From IMG/VR virus record IMGVR_UViG_3300042731_011014, positions 32,001-96,000 of that record: a DNA stretch of 64,000 bases; one strand, written 5' to 3'. The DNA is from a virus. The notes below the pieces were generated by a model. That model saw only the letters and a list, made by a program, of their open reading frames with translations. It did no database searches and had not been told where the DNA came from. The translations under genes and the position numbers were made by a program. Of this stretch, positions 36,062-46,875 are shown piece by piece. Numbering within the stretch: position 1 is the stretch's first letter; each line of letters starts with the position of its first letter.

Positions 36062-36812
36062 CGTAAGCCTTCCGCAACGTGGGCAAATTGAACATCAGGC
36101 CTTTGTGATCTCGGATCCATTTTCCACTTCCAACACTTTTTGTCTTCAACCTTTTCCTTTGTGCATCGAGGTTAGATTTTCATTAAAAAATCGTAAATAA
36201 TATTCACTGTTTTAATAAAAAACCTTTATGAAGGTAAAACCTTCATTGGCGTTAACCCTAACGCCTCTATCCCGTTCGCAAATGCATTCGGGACTGCCTT
36301 TTTTTTTAGTATGCCAATTGAACCGTTTATATCCTTTTTTCTGAATCTATTCTATACTTCCTAGCCGCCAACATCAAATTAAGTAGATTGCTTTCCCATA
36401 TATATCGGCGATGTTCATTGCTAGTAAGCCAACTACTGACATGACCAGTCATATCTAATACAATAATTCCACATTTATTTGCAATCAAACTAAACTCGCC
36501 GATCTCATCATATCTAAAATTACCAATTGCAATAACTGCATAGTGAGGCTTTTCCTCTATTCTTAATCATCCCAGCGTTTGCGCAAGAACCTTTAAATTA
36601 GGTCTTAATTTTGCCTGAACACCTATTTGAATCTTATTTCTCACCAGAACGATATCCCAATTACCTTGCTCAGGATATGCAATAAAATTCCGTTTTTCGG
36701 CCTCACTAATAAGATTATCACATAGCCTCTTTTCAGAAGCAAACTTTTTCCTTATCCTCTGTCGTCTCATGTTGAAACTATTTATTCTTCGGTTTTGTCG
36801 CCAAAAAATCAA
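36062..36812 (-). pseudogene. interrupted PD-(D/E)xK-like nuclease gene or remnant
   Basis: YPEQGNWDIVLVR...IGVQAKL resembles D-x(n)-[EQ]-x-K; the frame continues about 63 codons past an in-frame TGA at 36567, then fragments. Confidence 0.4.
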
Positions 36813-37515
36813 TCATTGTTTTTCCGCCAGTACGCTTCAAAGTATCAATAATATTCTTGCCAATCTTGTTTTTAACCGGCTTACTGGCCCATTTTACAGC
36901 CCTTGCTCTAAGTTTAGAACCAAGTTGGGTAATTTCCTTCTTTGAAAGCTTTTTATTATTATCGACAATAATAAAATTACTCCCACCAAAAAGAGTTTGA
37001 AATTTCCCCATATTATTTTGAACTTGGTTCCAGCTTTTTATTACTACATCCTTTGGTACACTTCTTTTTCTTTTCTCATTCCTTTCATGAGCAACGTCTA
37101 ATGATGTATTCACAAAAACCATAGCAGTATCATAACCAAAACCTTCGAGTCTTTTCCTTGCTTTCGATATTTCATCGTAATCCTTGCCAGTCCCATCAAC
37201 AACTATCCCAAGCATTCCACCTAACCAATATCCTTCCCGTTTTTTAGTAATCTTTTTTGCATAATCCCTTGCTACCATCTGTTTTTTATACATTAATGGC
37301 TTTTTTGGATCTATATCAAAAGATAAACCTCTCCCTCCTAAAAGAACTTCGAATGCAAGATCTGTATTTAAAAACTTCAATCCAGCCCCAGCGAACATAT
37401 GGTTAGCTATAAAGCTTTTTCCGCTCCCTGGGCCACCAGCAAGAAAAACAGCTTTAAAAATATAAGGATCATTAATCCCCTCTGCAATCATTCTAAGTTC
37501 TTCAAGTAAATCCAT
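36778..37515 (-). CDS. zeta-toxin / AAA_33-like P-loop kinase
   Basis: KAVFLAGGPGSGKS, NTD, VVDGTG, VFVNTSLDVA.ERN..R.RSVP. Confidence 0.8.
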   Translation of the reverse strand: MDLLEELRMIAEGINDPYIFKAVFLAGGPGSGKSFIANHMFAGAGLKFLNTDLAFEVLLGGRGLSFDIDPKKPLMYKKQMVARDYAKKITKKREGYWLGGMLGIVVDGTGKDYDEISKARKRLEGFGYDTAMVFVNTSLDVAHERNEKRKRSVPKDVVIKSWNQVQNNMGKFQTLFGGSNFIIVDNNKKLSKKEITQLGSKLRARAVKWASKPVKNKIGKNIIDTLKRTGGKTMIDFLATKPKNK

Positions 37516-37530
37516 TTTTATATTCTCCTA

Positions 37531-39903
37531 TTAAGGTTCAAGTACCATTCTAAAAGTTTTCATTCGATTAATACCTTCCCAGATTGTTTCCATCGTATAA
37601 GTAGCCACAAGACCCGTAATCTCGGCCCCACCATCCGTTGCAGCCTCAGCATTGGCCTTACTGTCAAACACCCTCACACGCGCTGTAATGAGCTGAGAGT
37701 CCGCATCATGCGAGGTGTTATCAATATAAGCATTCTCGTGATTAAGGCCCAGGAGGCGGGCTATAGCCGTCAAATCAGGCATTTTATTCGCTATATCATG
37801 AAGTGAGTCTTGAGATGAATCAAAATCACCATCGCCCCCATCTTTAATAAGCTCAATATTATCGCCTATATTAGTAACATTCGTATTGATCATGTCACCT
37901 GTGGCAGCAATATCATGAAGTGAATCCGTTGTGTTACTAAAATCACCATCACCGCCATCCATTATCCTATTCGCTTTAGTGTTAATCTCAGCCGCATGCC
38001 TGGATTGATCATGGAGCGAATCTTCTGTAGCCAAAAAATCACCATCCCCACCATCCTTAATCAATTCCAAATCAACCTGGTTCGCGGCCACACTTTCACT
38101 GATCTTTTTCAGCGAATCATCATCAGTATTAAAACCAACACCCTTAATCTCCTCTAAATCAGTTCCAATATTACCCAAATCATTATCAATACTATTAAAA
38201 TTAAACTCATTCGCTAAACGCTGGTCGTGTAACGAGTCAAGAGTATTAGAAAAATCTCCTGTACCGCCGTCCTTAATAAGTCCCAAATCAGTAATAATAC
38301 TTATATTATCTCCTTGTAAGTCATGTAAACTATCCTTCGACGGATCAAAATCACCATCCCCGCCATCCTTGATTAATTGGATCTGCGGATTTAAATCTTT
38401 TGTGAAAAGTTTTATATCATGAAGGCTATCCTCACCAGGCACAAAATCACCATGACCTCCGTCTTTAACTAACTGAATTTCAGTATTTAAACTCTCATAA
38501 TGGAGTGTTTGATCTCTAAGACTATCCTCACCAGGTACAAAATCACCATCGCCGCCATCTTTGATTAATTCCAAATCCACCACAATACTATCCACATCAA
38601 CCTCTACCGCATTTTGCTGCTCCCTTAAATCATGAAGCGAATCAGTACTAGAATTAAAATCGCCGTCTCCGCCATCTTTTATTAATTCGAGATCTACTTG
38701 ATTGGCAGCTACCGCATTACTCAGGGCATTATCAGCAATTGTTCTATCATGCAATGAATCCTGTGTAGGACTAAAATCACCATGACCCCCATCTTTGATC
38801 ATCTCAAGCTGATCTCTTAAATCATGAAGTGAATCCTTATCTACATCAAAATCACCGTGACCGCCATCAAGTGCAGAATCAACTTTTCCAGAAATATTAT
38901 CCCCTCTAATACTCTGATCATGCAGAGAATCGCTACTAGGGTTAAAATCCCCGTCTCCCCCATCCTTGATAAGAGATAGCTCTGTTTCAATAGCCGCAAA
39001 CTTACCTTGAATGTCGTGAAGTGAATCCGTAGTTGGAACAAAATCACCGTCGCCTCCATCCTTAACAAACTGAATCTCTTCTTCTATCGCTTTCAGTGAA
39101 TGATCAGCGGTAAATGTTCCCGTATTACCATCCTTAACCCATTGAATTTGAGTATTATTTCTATCACTATGTCTAGTTTGATCATGTAAACTGTCTTCGG
39201 ATGGATCGAAGTCACCATGACCGCCATCCTTAATTAATTCAAGGTCCACCTGATTTGCTGCAATAACAGACGTATGATCATGAAGTGAATCAGTATTTGG
39301 ATTGAAGTCACCATGACCGCCATCCTTAACCAGTTGGATTTGATTATTTAAATTATTATAATTACTTACCTGAGAAGCTTGAATCGCTGCAAACTGAGCA
39401 GCATGATCATGTAATGAGTCTTGAGATGGATTAAAGTCGCCATCCCCGCCATCTTTGATAAGCTCGACATCTGTTTTTATCGTTGAAATTTTCTCATCAA
39501 TGTTATCTGTGAACCCCCCAACATGAATCTCGCCATATTGAGGGGTGTTTTCTGCATCAGTTTTCGGATCCTGCACAATTATAAATTGGTAAACATCAAA
39601 CCCATTGATAGGATTAGTTATTTTCGATGTGTCAAACCCGCGCTGATGAGATGGTTCATTTAACTGATACTCTCCAGGTGCATTGGTCGAATCAACCTCA
39701 TTCATACTTTCTAATAATTGAACCACACTGCCAACCGACTTAAAGGTTTCATCACTCCAATCATAAAAATCCCCATTAGAAGATCGCCAAACCTTAATCT
39801 TGATATCAGTTTTTAACGCTAACGGATCACCATTATCATCTAATATTGTCGCAATAACTGGTTCCTTATCGCCATTCTGAATTCTCACTGAAGAATAATT
39901 CAT
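37531..39903 (-). CDS. repeat-rich fibre-like virion protein with about 16 IKDGGxGDFxxxxDSLHD repeats
   Basis: Counted directly in the translation; repeats are separated by heptad-like linkers. Confidence 0.75.
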   Translation of the reverse strand: MNYSSVRIQNGDKEPVIATILDDNGDPLALKTDIKIKVWRSSNGDFYDWSDETFKSVGSVVQLLESMNEVDSTNAPGEYQLNEPSHQRGFDTSKITNPINGFDVYQFIIVQDPKTDAENTPQYGEIHVGGFTDNIDEKISTIKTDVELIKDGGDGDFNPSQDSLHDHAAQFAAIQASQVSNYNNLNNQIQLVKDGGHGDFNPNTDSLHDHTSVIAANQVDLELIKDGGHGDFDPSEDSLHDQTRHSDRNNTQIQWVKDGNTGTFTADHSLKAIEEEIQFVKDGGDGDFVPTTDSLHDIQGKFAAIETELSLIKDGGDGDFNPSSDSLHDQSIRGDNISGKVDSALDGGHGDFDVDKDSLHDLRDQLEMIKDGGHGDFSPTQDSLHDRTIADNALSNAVAANQVDLELIKDGGDGDFNSSTDSLHDLREQQNAVEVDVDSIVVDLELIKDGGDGDFVPGEDSLRDQTLHYESLNTEIQLVKDGGHGDFVPGEDSLHDIKLFTKDLNPQIQLIKDGGDGDFDPSKDSLHDLQGDNISIITDLGLIKDGGTGDFSNTLDSLHDQRLANEFNFNSIDNDLGNIGTDLEEIKGVGFNTDDDSLKKISESVAANQVDLELIKDGGDGDFLATEDSLHDQSRHAAEINTKANRIMDGGDGDFSNTTDSLHDIAATGDMINTNVTNIGDNIELIKDGGDGDFDSSQDSLHDIANKMPDLTAIARLLGLNHENAYIDNTSHDADSQLITARVRVFDSKANAEAATDGGAEITGLVATYTMETIWEGINRMKTFRMVLEP

Positions 39904-39910
39904 TTTTACA

Positions 39911-40384
39911 TTAACCCTGCGAGCTACCGGTTACTCTTAAGTTATTCTTAAGCATTATCCCTTTAATATTACTATTCATATCTGATACAACATCAATCAT
40001 TTTGTTAATACTTTTTCTTAGCTCATTTTGACTGTCATGCATTTTAATCAATAAGTTATTTAAATCACCAACACCATTACTTAACGTCTTCAAGGAATCA
40101 TCCATCGACCTCCTAACATACCATACCGGCACGCCATCCTCATCCCTTACATTATGCATTTCTAATAATTTTTCCGATTCCTTAGCAACTCTCTTTAAAA
40201 GAGCATCTGTCTCAGAAATATTTTTTTCAACCTTTATATAACACCTATCAGGTTGTTTACCTGCCGTTGCAGCTTTTGGAATAAACCTATTAGCTAATAT
40301 CTTTAAAACTTCAATTATTCCAAGCGACATTGCTACCACAACTCCAAGCAATGTTAAATCTACTGTTTCCATTTTATACCTCAA
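39911..40384 (-). CDS. holin-like membrane protein
   Basis: N-terminal TM (LTLLGVVVAMSLGIIEVL) followed by a coiled coil. Confidence 0.45.
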   Translation of the reverse strand: MRYKMETVDLTLLGVVVAMSLGIIEVLKILANRFIPKAATAGKQPDRCYIKVEKNISETDALLKRVAKESEKLLEMHNVRDEDGVPVWYVRRSMDDSLKTLSNGVGDLNNLLIKMHDSQNELRKSINKMIDVVSDMNSNIKGIMLKNNLRVTGSSQG

Positions 40385-41200
40385 TCAAGAAAACACTTCT
40401 TTTGCCCTATCATAACCAATTTTCATCATTGCTCGCATTTCCTCGGGAACAAACTTAAGAGAATTCTTTGTTAATTCCTTTTCCGGCTCAATAATAATTA
40501 GATCAATATCATCACACATTACTGAATCAATATCGTTATTTCTTATTTCTGTAACCATTAAATCAAGAGATCTAAATAATGTGCTTGGAATTCTATTATA
40601 TTTTTCCTTATTTCTCGTGACCGTAGGTGGTGATAGTTTAATTGCGAAAATTCGCTTTGCTCCACAATCTATAGCCGCCTGAATTGGCACAACTTCTCGT
40701 ATGCCACCATCTAAATGATAATCACCACCCTCAAAGATCTGCACAGGTGGCATAAAACCAGGTTCATTACTACTTGCTAAAAGCGCTCTTCGAAATTCAT
40801 TAACACACATCATCTTCGGCGACCAATAACATATACTTCCAGAATTTAAATTCACTGTGCAAACATAAACACCCTTACTACTTTGTCTCAACTTATAAAA
40901 AATAAACGGTGTCAAGTTAGTATTAATAATATTTTTTAATCCACTATCATTATATAAAGAAGCTCGCCAAGGAAGTGTTAAACAACAATTTTTTCTCAAA
41001 AGATCTTTTGTTCTAACATTAGAATAAATTTTTTTTACTATATGAAAATCACCGCTGGCAACCAATGGAACAATTAATGCTCCTGTGCTTGTTCCAATTA
41101 AAATATCAAATGATTCACCTTTCTCTAACAACCACTCAATTGCCCCAATAGCAAAAGCCCCCTTACACCCGCCACCACTTATTACTAGTGCTGTTTTCAT
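40385..41200 (-). CDS. patatin-like phospholipase
   Basis: ISGGGCKG oxyanion motif, GTSTG nucleophile elbow, LDGG. Confidence 0.92.
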   Translation of the reverse strand: MKTALVISGGGCKGAFAIGAIEWLLEKGESFDILIGTSTGALIVPLVASGDFHIVKKIYSNVRTKDLLRKNCCLTLPWRASLYNDSGLKNIINTNLTPFIFYKLRQSSKGVYVCTVNLNSGSICYWSPKMMCVNEFRRALLASSNEPGFMPPVQIFEGGDYHLDGGIREVVPIQAAIDCGAKRIFAIKLSPPTVTRNKEKYNRIPSTLFRSLDLMVTEIRNNDIDSVMCDDIDLIIIEPEKELTKNSLKFVPEEMRAMMKIGYDRAKEVFS

Positions 41201-42228
41201 ACGATCACCTGAATATTATTTGGTCTATACAACTGGAACCAAAAAGATACTTCCCCGCCCAACGGACTTTTTTTTCTAACCGTAAGAACAGTTTTCCAAT
41301 TTTGATGAATCCACTCCGTTTTTGAAACATCTACATCAAAAACACCCATAGGATTACCAAGAAAAATATTACTAAACGTTTTTATTTGAAAAGTTAAATC
41401 CATTAAATGATAATTCCCAGACGGAATTGGAGTTGATTCCTCCCATGTACACGCTGGTATAATAATACCTGTATCAAAATCCACATCCCAAAAACCAGTG
41501 CCAATCTGTTCAACAGGAGCACAATTTGCTAGTTTCAATTTTTTATCAGCAACTGGCGCTGACGCAGGAATAAAAATATTATTAGATGTATCATGATAAA
41601 CATCTGTCTCACCACTTACATCATGTACATTCGCCGGTATCTCAAAATGCAACCACCACCTATCCTCAGATGGTTTCCAATTTTCTACAGGAGTATTAAT
41701 TAATCTCCCATCTTTTATTGCAACAGGGGTATTAAACTGAACATCAACACTCTTGATTGTTCCATTAGCTGTATTCACCTCAGATTTATCGAACTCCACA
41801 ATAATAAAATCCCCCTCTCCTAGTCCAAGATTTGGAGGAGTTGGACTCATATCATCTGACGCGCCAGTAACATAAAGCATCCAACCCTGTGGCATAGGAG
41901 CATTTACAACATTAATACGGGAGTCTTTTTCTTGAGGAGTATCAATCCTAACCTTCAAAAAATCATCATCAGTTATCGGCAACCGCTGTACAAAATTAAA
42001 AACATGGGCAAGCGCTTCCTGAAGTGTTAAATCTCTCGATCCATCATTTACTGTTAACGATAAATCAGGATTTACTAAATCAGCTAATAACTGCTCAGAA
42101 TAGGCAATTTTTAGCCGAGACAAATGCACTTCTAAATCAAGATCATCGTTTGCTGGTATAGAAACCGCTGGAACTGTGTCCTGTAACTTCCAAATAGTAT
42201 CACCATTATTTTTTATAATTGTTGGCAT
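41197..42228 (-). CDS. putative virion structural protein
   Basis: Position and composition; N-terminus resembles that of the next gene. Confidence 0.55.
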   Translation of the reverse strand: MPTIIKNNGDTIWKLQDTVPAVSIPANDDLDLEVHLSRLKIAYSEQLLADLVNPDLSLTVNDGSRDLTLQEALAHVFNFVQRLPITDDDFLKVRIDTPQEKDSRINVVNAPMPQGWMLYVTGASDDMSPTPPNLGLGEGDFIIVEFDKSEVNTANGTIKSVDVQFNTPVAIKDGRLINTPVENWKPSEDRWWLHFEIPANVHDVSGETDVYHDTSNNIFIPASAPVADKKLKLANCAPVEQIGTGFWDVDFDTGIIIPACTWEESTPIPSGNYHLMDLTFQIKTFSNIFLGNPMGVFDVDVSKTEWIHQNWKTVLTVRKKSPLGGEVSFWFQLYRPNNIQVIV

Positions 42229-44589
42229 CTATGACTCCCTATTTCCCTTAAATCTCACCCAATCAATGATCAAATTCCTAGCAGAAGATCCTTGATTTTC
42301 ATGATAAACATGACCTTGTAACAAATAAGTTGGAATATTGGTCAAATGAGTATTTTTAAGAACATCATCAATATAAAATTTCACAGTTGATCCATCAGTA
42401 GAAATAATTCTGAATTTATGCCAATTTGTATCTTGGGCTGTACCAGTATCAAGGTCAGTAATCGATCCACCAACTCTAGTTCTACTAAACCAATTGCCGG
42501 TTCCATCAAGAAAGAAAAAACATTCCGCTGTACCCGCGTTGTTCTGGCCACCTAACTCTATCCAATGAGCAGAAGTTTCCAGCATCCTTGCTCTATATGT
42601 TAAGTCTATACATCCGGGAACAGAAAAAAAGGCAAAATTTGAACTTATATAATTAGTTCCAGAGACCGGCCCAACTATTAATTGCAACTGACCAGCCAAC
42701 CCATCCACAACAGCAATAGATGATCCTGCGCCACTAACTTCTGTATACCAAAGATCTGTATTTAAATGAGCAAAATCATCAAACATATCTAAACCAGATT
42801 CTGGATCATATCCCCCCGGTATATTTAACCTCGCTCGACCTCCTCCAACATCAGTAAATGTTACACCATCACCAACAACATCAAGAATTGAATGAGGTGT
42901 ACTGGCTAACGTAACAGTATCTCGCTCCATTGTTATATTGGAACCAGATCCAGTATCACCCTTTGGCCCTTGCGCCCCCGTTTGACCCCGAATCCTCATT
43001 ATCGTAAGACCTGAGCCACCAGCCCTAAGATTAATCGTACTTGTGCCAAGTGTCCGCCTGGCTTGTATTTTAATTTTGTCTCCCCACCCAACTGAAACAA
43101 CAGCAAACGCTATCGCCTGACCGCCATAATTCAATTGACGAGCATACGAGGGCGATACCATTCCGGCAATTTCCGTATAACCAGATCCGGTATCAATAGA
43201 CATGCGCATTTCTGCTTCAGATCTGCTTGATCCAGAAATCACATTCACTGCCACTCTAGCAAAAATAGCCACTGTATCAGTAGCCTCAAAGGTTACCTCA
43301 GCAGAGGAGCCTGTATGCTCAAACATTGCATCTTTTTTGCGCTCTGTATCTAACGGAACATCGGTCCATCCAGAACTAATATCTGTTCCTCCAGCCGCAT
43401 CATAGGCATCAAAATATTCGGTCGCCTCACTAATACCCTGAAAAGTTATCTCCTTCCAAACAGCATTACTTGTTGAAGCATCAACACATATAAACGCCTT
43501 ATCCGTTGTATTGTTATGCCAAATTGAATTTATTGAATACCCGTCTACGTCGTCATCACCAGCGCCCGGATCCGTAGTAGCTCCAACATTGTTCTTTGTG
43601 TTCGAAACATTTTCCAAACCAACGTGACTCGCGGGCTGAGTTACAGTTGTGTGATCGTCTAATGTATCCCCATCATCACTAACATCCCGGCCATCTACGG
43701 TCCCAGAAGTTGCTATGTTCCCTAAATCATCTATTGTCACAGCCGAATTCTGAATTATTTTACCGGCCGCGCCATCAAACCTAGCAATTGCATTATCAGT
43801 CGAGCTTCCTGGCCCAGAAACATCCCCTGTCCCAGCACCACCAGAAGGATATTCTATCCAAGTTGAGCCATCATATACCCAATGAGAGCTATCATCCGTT
43901 TGTTTGGCCTCATCGCCCTCTTGGACGGTTAGGGCGAGTCTTTCTGTTGAATCAGCTACAATATGAACTTCTGGCAAGGCAACCGAAGGTATCTTTGAAG
44001 CCGGAACCTTCCCACCTGCATCAAGATCACAAACACCGTTTACTGCACCCTTCTCACTCGAAGGGATCGCCCCAATATTCGCTGGATCTAAATTTGGATG
44101 TGGATCCGCGCTATTTTCATGAGTACTGAAATCCGAAATTGTTACAGCACCAACCTGGGCGGCTGTAACATCATGGGGATTAGAAGTACTATTAGCATGA
44201 ATATTATGTACCGATTGACCAACAAGAGGATTTCCACTATCTATTACACCAGCCCCATCTAAGGCATCTTTTTGGTCGCTCGTAGGATCGTTTGAATTAT
44301 CGTGATGATCAGTTGCGCTAACATCCTCTAATTGATCGTGTGAAATCTGAGTTATTACAGGAGGGGTTGAAGCATCTATTGCCTCCTGATTACTGAGTAG
44401 TTCCCCATTAATTCTAACTTCAATATCATCCGCATTAACTAAGGTAATATATTCAGAATTAAATGGGATTTTCTCTTCATCGTTCCATAGAGAAACATCC
44501 ACCCATACACCGTCCGGCAACTCCATATCCGGAGCAACAATTTTCTGGAGATTTATGATAGAGCCCGTTTTGTTGCGTACTTCAAACAT
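42229..44589 (-). CDS. tail fibre-like protein with short collagen segment and C-terminal lectin-like domain
   Basis: NPHDVTAAQVGA, GAVNGVCDLDAGGKVP, DNAIARFDG, GQTGAQGPKGDTG, FDDF...DWV. Confidence 0.7.
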   Translation of the reverse strand: MFEVRNKTGSIINLQKIVAPDMELPDGVWVDVSLWNDEEKIPFNSEYITLVNADDIEVRINGELLSNQEAIDASTPPVITQISHDQLEDVSATDHHDNSNDPTSDQKDALDGAGVIDSGNPLVGQSVHNIHANSTSNPHDVTAAQVGAVTISDFSTHENSADPHPNLDPANIGAIPSSEKGAVNGVCDLDAGGKVPASKIPSVALPEVHIVADSTERLALTVQEGDEAKQTDDSSHWVYDGSTWIEYPSGGAGTGDVSGPGSSTDNAIARFDGAAGKIIQNSAVTIDDLGNIATSGTVDGRDVSDDGDTLDDHTTVTQPASHVGLENVSNTKNNVGATTDPGAGDDDVDGYSINSIWHNNTTDKAFICVDASTSNAVWKEITFQGISEATEYFDAYDAAGGTDISSGWTDVPLDTERKKDAMFEHTGSSAEVTFEATDTVAIFARVAVNVISGSSRSEAEMRMSIDTGSGYTEIAGMVSPSYARQLNYGGQAIAFAVVSVGWGDKIKIQARRTLGTSTINLRAGGSGLTIMRIRGQTGAQGPKGDTGSGSNITMERDTVTLASTPHSILDVVGDGVTFTDVGGGRARLNIPGGYDPESGLDMFDDFAHLNTDLWYTEVSGAGSSIAVVDGLAGQLQLIVGPVSGTNYISSNFAFFSVPGCIDLTYRARMLETSAHWIELGGQNNAGTAECFFFLDGTGNWFSRTRVGGSITDLDTGTAQDTNWHKFRIISTDGSTVKFYIDDVLKNTHLTNIPTYLLQGHVYHENQGSSARNLIIDWVRFKGNRES

Positions 44590-45567
44590 TTATGCTCTCC
44601 ACTTTACTAAAAACCAACCCTGAACATCAGTAGTCGCATTGGGACCACCATTCCTTGCAGCAAGAACACTACCCTGAGTAAAATTAGCATCCAACGAGTT
44701 CGAATAACCAGAAACAGCAGTTGAATTTCCGGCAACTATTGTCGTCCCATCATCTGTAAGCTCAAAATCAGCATTATCTGTATCAGATCTTGAATATCCA
44801 GCCCCAACAACAGTACCATTCCATGGTACAACATAACCTATTGTCGCTGAAAACGTTAACCCATTAACACCACGATAATACCCACCAGACGGAGTACTTC
44901 CGTTTCTACCAAACTGAAAAATGGCCATCGACTCTGACAACCATTTCGATCTTGATTCATCATAAGTCATCCACATTTGAAGTGTTATATTATAATACCG
45001 ATCACCATTTTGAGGAGTCGGCGAACTTGGATCGCTAGTACCAGGAGGATGAATAAAGGCCCCTTGAATTCGCCCATTATTATCTATCGTGGGCACACTA
45101 TTTTGAATTATTTTACCTGTTGTACCATTGAACCTGGCTATCGCATTATCCACAGAACTGGCCGGCCCATCAACATCACCCGCAGAATCAAGTAATGTTC
45201 CAGCTGTAAAAAAAGCTCGATCTTGATAAATATTTGTTACATCCAAAACATCAGTAACTACCCTAGCAAGACGAATATGAATTACCGATGAACCAGGATA
45301 CCCAGTTGTATTTACTTGAAGCGTACCGGTGGAATCAAGGTAAACATAATTTGTATCATTTGCTGTAACTGAATTAGTAACCGATCCAGCATATAATCCC
45401 TTTGTGCCAGCCATATCATATCCAAACTGTTGAACTGATACAGTCAGAATACCATCTCTCTCGACGGCACCATCTTTAAAAACAGCGGCGACCGCGGCCT
45501 CAACCTCATTACCATCCTTGTCATACCATACGGTCTGAACAATCGGTTTTTCATAATCAAAAGCCAT
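44590..45567 (-). CDS. putative tail or virion protein
   Basis: Shares the GDV.GP.SS.DNAIARF.G..GKIIQNS module with the previous gene. Confidence 0.65.
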   Translation of the reverse strand: MAFDYEKPIVQTVWYDKDGNEVEAAVAAVFKDGAVERDGILTVSVQQFGYDMAGTKGLYAGSVTNSVTANDTNYVYLDSTGTLQVNTTGYPGSSVIHIRLARVVTDVLDVTNIYQDRAFFTAGTLLDSAGDVDGPASSVDNAIARFNGTTGKIIQNSVPTIDNNGRIQGAFIHPPGTSDPSSPTPQNGDRYYNITLQMWMTYDESRSKWLSESMAIFQFGRNGSTPSGGYYRGVNGLTFSATIGYVVPWNGTVVGAGYSRSDTDNADFELTDDGTTIVAGNSTAVSGYSNSLDANFTQGSVLAARNGGPNATTDVQGWFLVKWRA

Positions 45568-45575
45568 TTAAAATC

Positions 45576-46145
45576 CTAATCGACAAAATAAGTCATAGAA
45601 TAACTAACTTCTGCACTACCACCACCAGACACTTTTTCTACTTTTAGAATAACGTCTCCAACAGCCGGAGTTACTGCATTACCCTTCACATTATCCAAAT
45701 TTGCTCCAGTGTTCACAGCCGTTACATTTGTCTCAATATTTCCTGCAACAATATAATCAAAGTCTCCCGCAGTTTGAGCTAAATCAATTCCAAAAATCTT
45801 CGTGCTTTGACCAATTTCACTTTTTAATCTAGCTGTATCGGTTGCATACAATGAAACAGCATGCAGCCAACCTATAGTTGCATCAGTACCATTTATTGCG
45901 AGAATGATGCCTATCATACTTTTCCACTGAGAGATCATTCTTTCTTTTATTATTCTAGCACTCGAACTAACAACCTTCACACTGCTACTACCAGAATGTT
46001 TATAATCGCCTCCTCCACCATCTAAATCTATCAAAATAAAATAAGTTGTATTGGTGATAGCAGAATTATAAAATTCTACTGCAACAAACTTTTCCGCCAC
46101 TTTAGATTGAGGTGTGCTATCCACTTCTGCAATTACAAAACTCAT
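45576..46145 (-). CDS. putative virion protein
   Basis: Beta-rich ORF in the structural cluster. Confidence 0.55.
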   Translation of the reverse strand: MSFVIAEVDSTPQSKVAEKFVAVEFYNSAITNTTYFILIDLDGGGGDYKHSGSSSVKVVSSSARIIKERMISQWKSMIGIILAINGTDATIGWLHAVSLYATDTARLKSEIGQSTKIFGIDLAQTAGDFDYIVAGNIETNVTAVNTGANLDNVKGNAVTPAVGDVILKVEKVSGGGSAEVSYSMTYFVD

Positions 46146-46146
46146 T

Positions 46147-46875
46147 TTATACCTTACTCCAATCTATACCAACAACTTTTCCCAACGACCTTGTTAATAC
46201 GCCGGTATAAGTATATTTCTCCTGTCCATTACTATCATACTGAATTATTTCAATTTCCGAAATTTTGCCACTAGTTCTTATAATATTTGTTTCTCTTATT
46301 TTATTTGATTTTCCGGAATCTGTATAATAAACAATGCTCGTTACCCTTCCATCTACTCTGATCACCTCCTGGTAAGTATCCTCAACAACCTCATGCGTGA
46401 GAGTATCAAGACCCTCATGATTTTTAATTCCGCTACTACCACTAGCATTACCACCAAATGATAATCCTAATCTCTCTAAATCCAATACAGCGTTTTTAAT
46501 ATAAACACTATGTACAGGATCATTTGACGCATATCGTAAATCTATAATTGGTGCACTTTCCTCTTCTAAAGTAATAACAACTGTCCCCCCGCAGTGAACA
46601 TACACATCATTCTCATTCAATTTAAACGCCGAGGGATCTATAAGATCTATCGAATCTTGTAGTAATTCAAGTTTTACCCTTGCCCCACCTTGCACCCTAA
46701 TATCACATGCCCAATGCAAAGCATAAACACTTGGCCACAAAAGCCCTTCCGGAATTAACTGAACTTTCGAAACTGTATTAACCCCCTGTGTACTACTTTC
46801 AGACAAGCTTGTAGCATAAGCACAATTACAATGCATCAAAGATAATCGCTGTACAATATCATCTTTCTTAGTCAT
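46147..46875 (-). CDS. putative virion protein
   Basis: ORF in the structural cluster. Confidence 0.55.
   Translation of the reverse strand: MTKKDDIVQRLSLMHCNCAYATSLSESSTQGVNTVSKVQLIPEGLLWPSVYALHWACDIRVQGGARVKLELLQDSIDLIDPSAFKLNENDVYVHCGGTVVITLEEESAPIIDLRYASNDPVHSVYIKNAVLDLERLGLSFGGNASGSSGIKNHEGLDTLTHEVVEDTYQEVIRVDGRVTSIVYYTDSGKSNKIRETNIIRTSGKISEIEIIQYDSNGQEKYTYTGVLTRSLGKVVGIDWSKV

Noticed and set aside
37900-39460. Possible CRISPR array or DGR from recurring nucleotide motifs
   Set aside because: The repeats are in frame, vary at synonymous positions and encode a protein repeat; no cas or reverse transcriptase gene is in the window.
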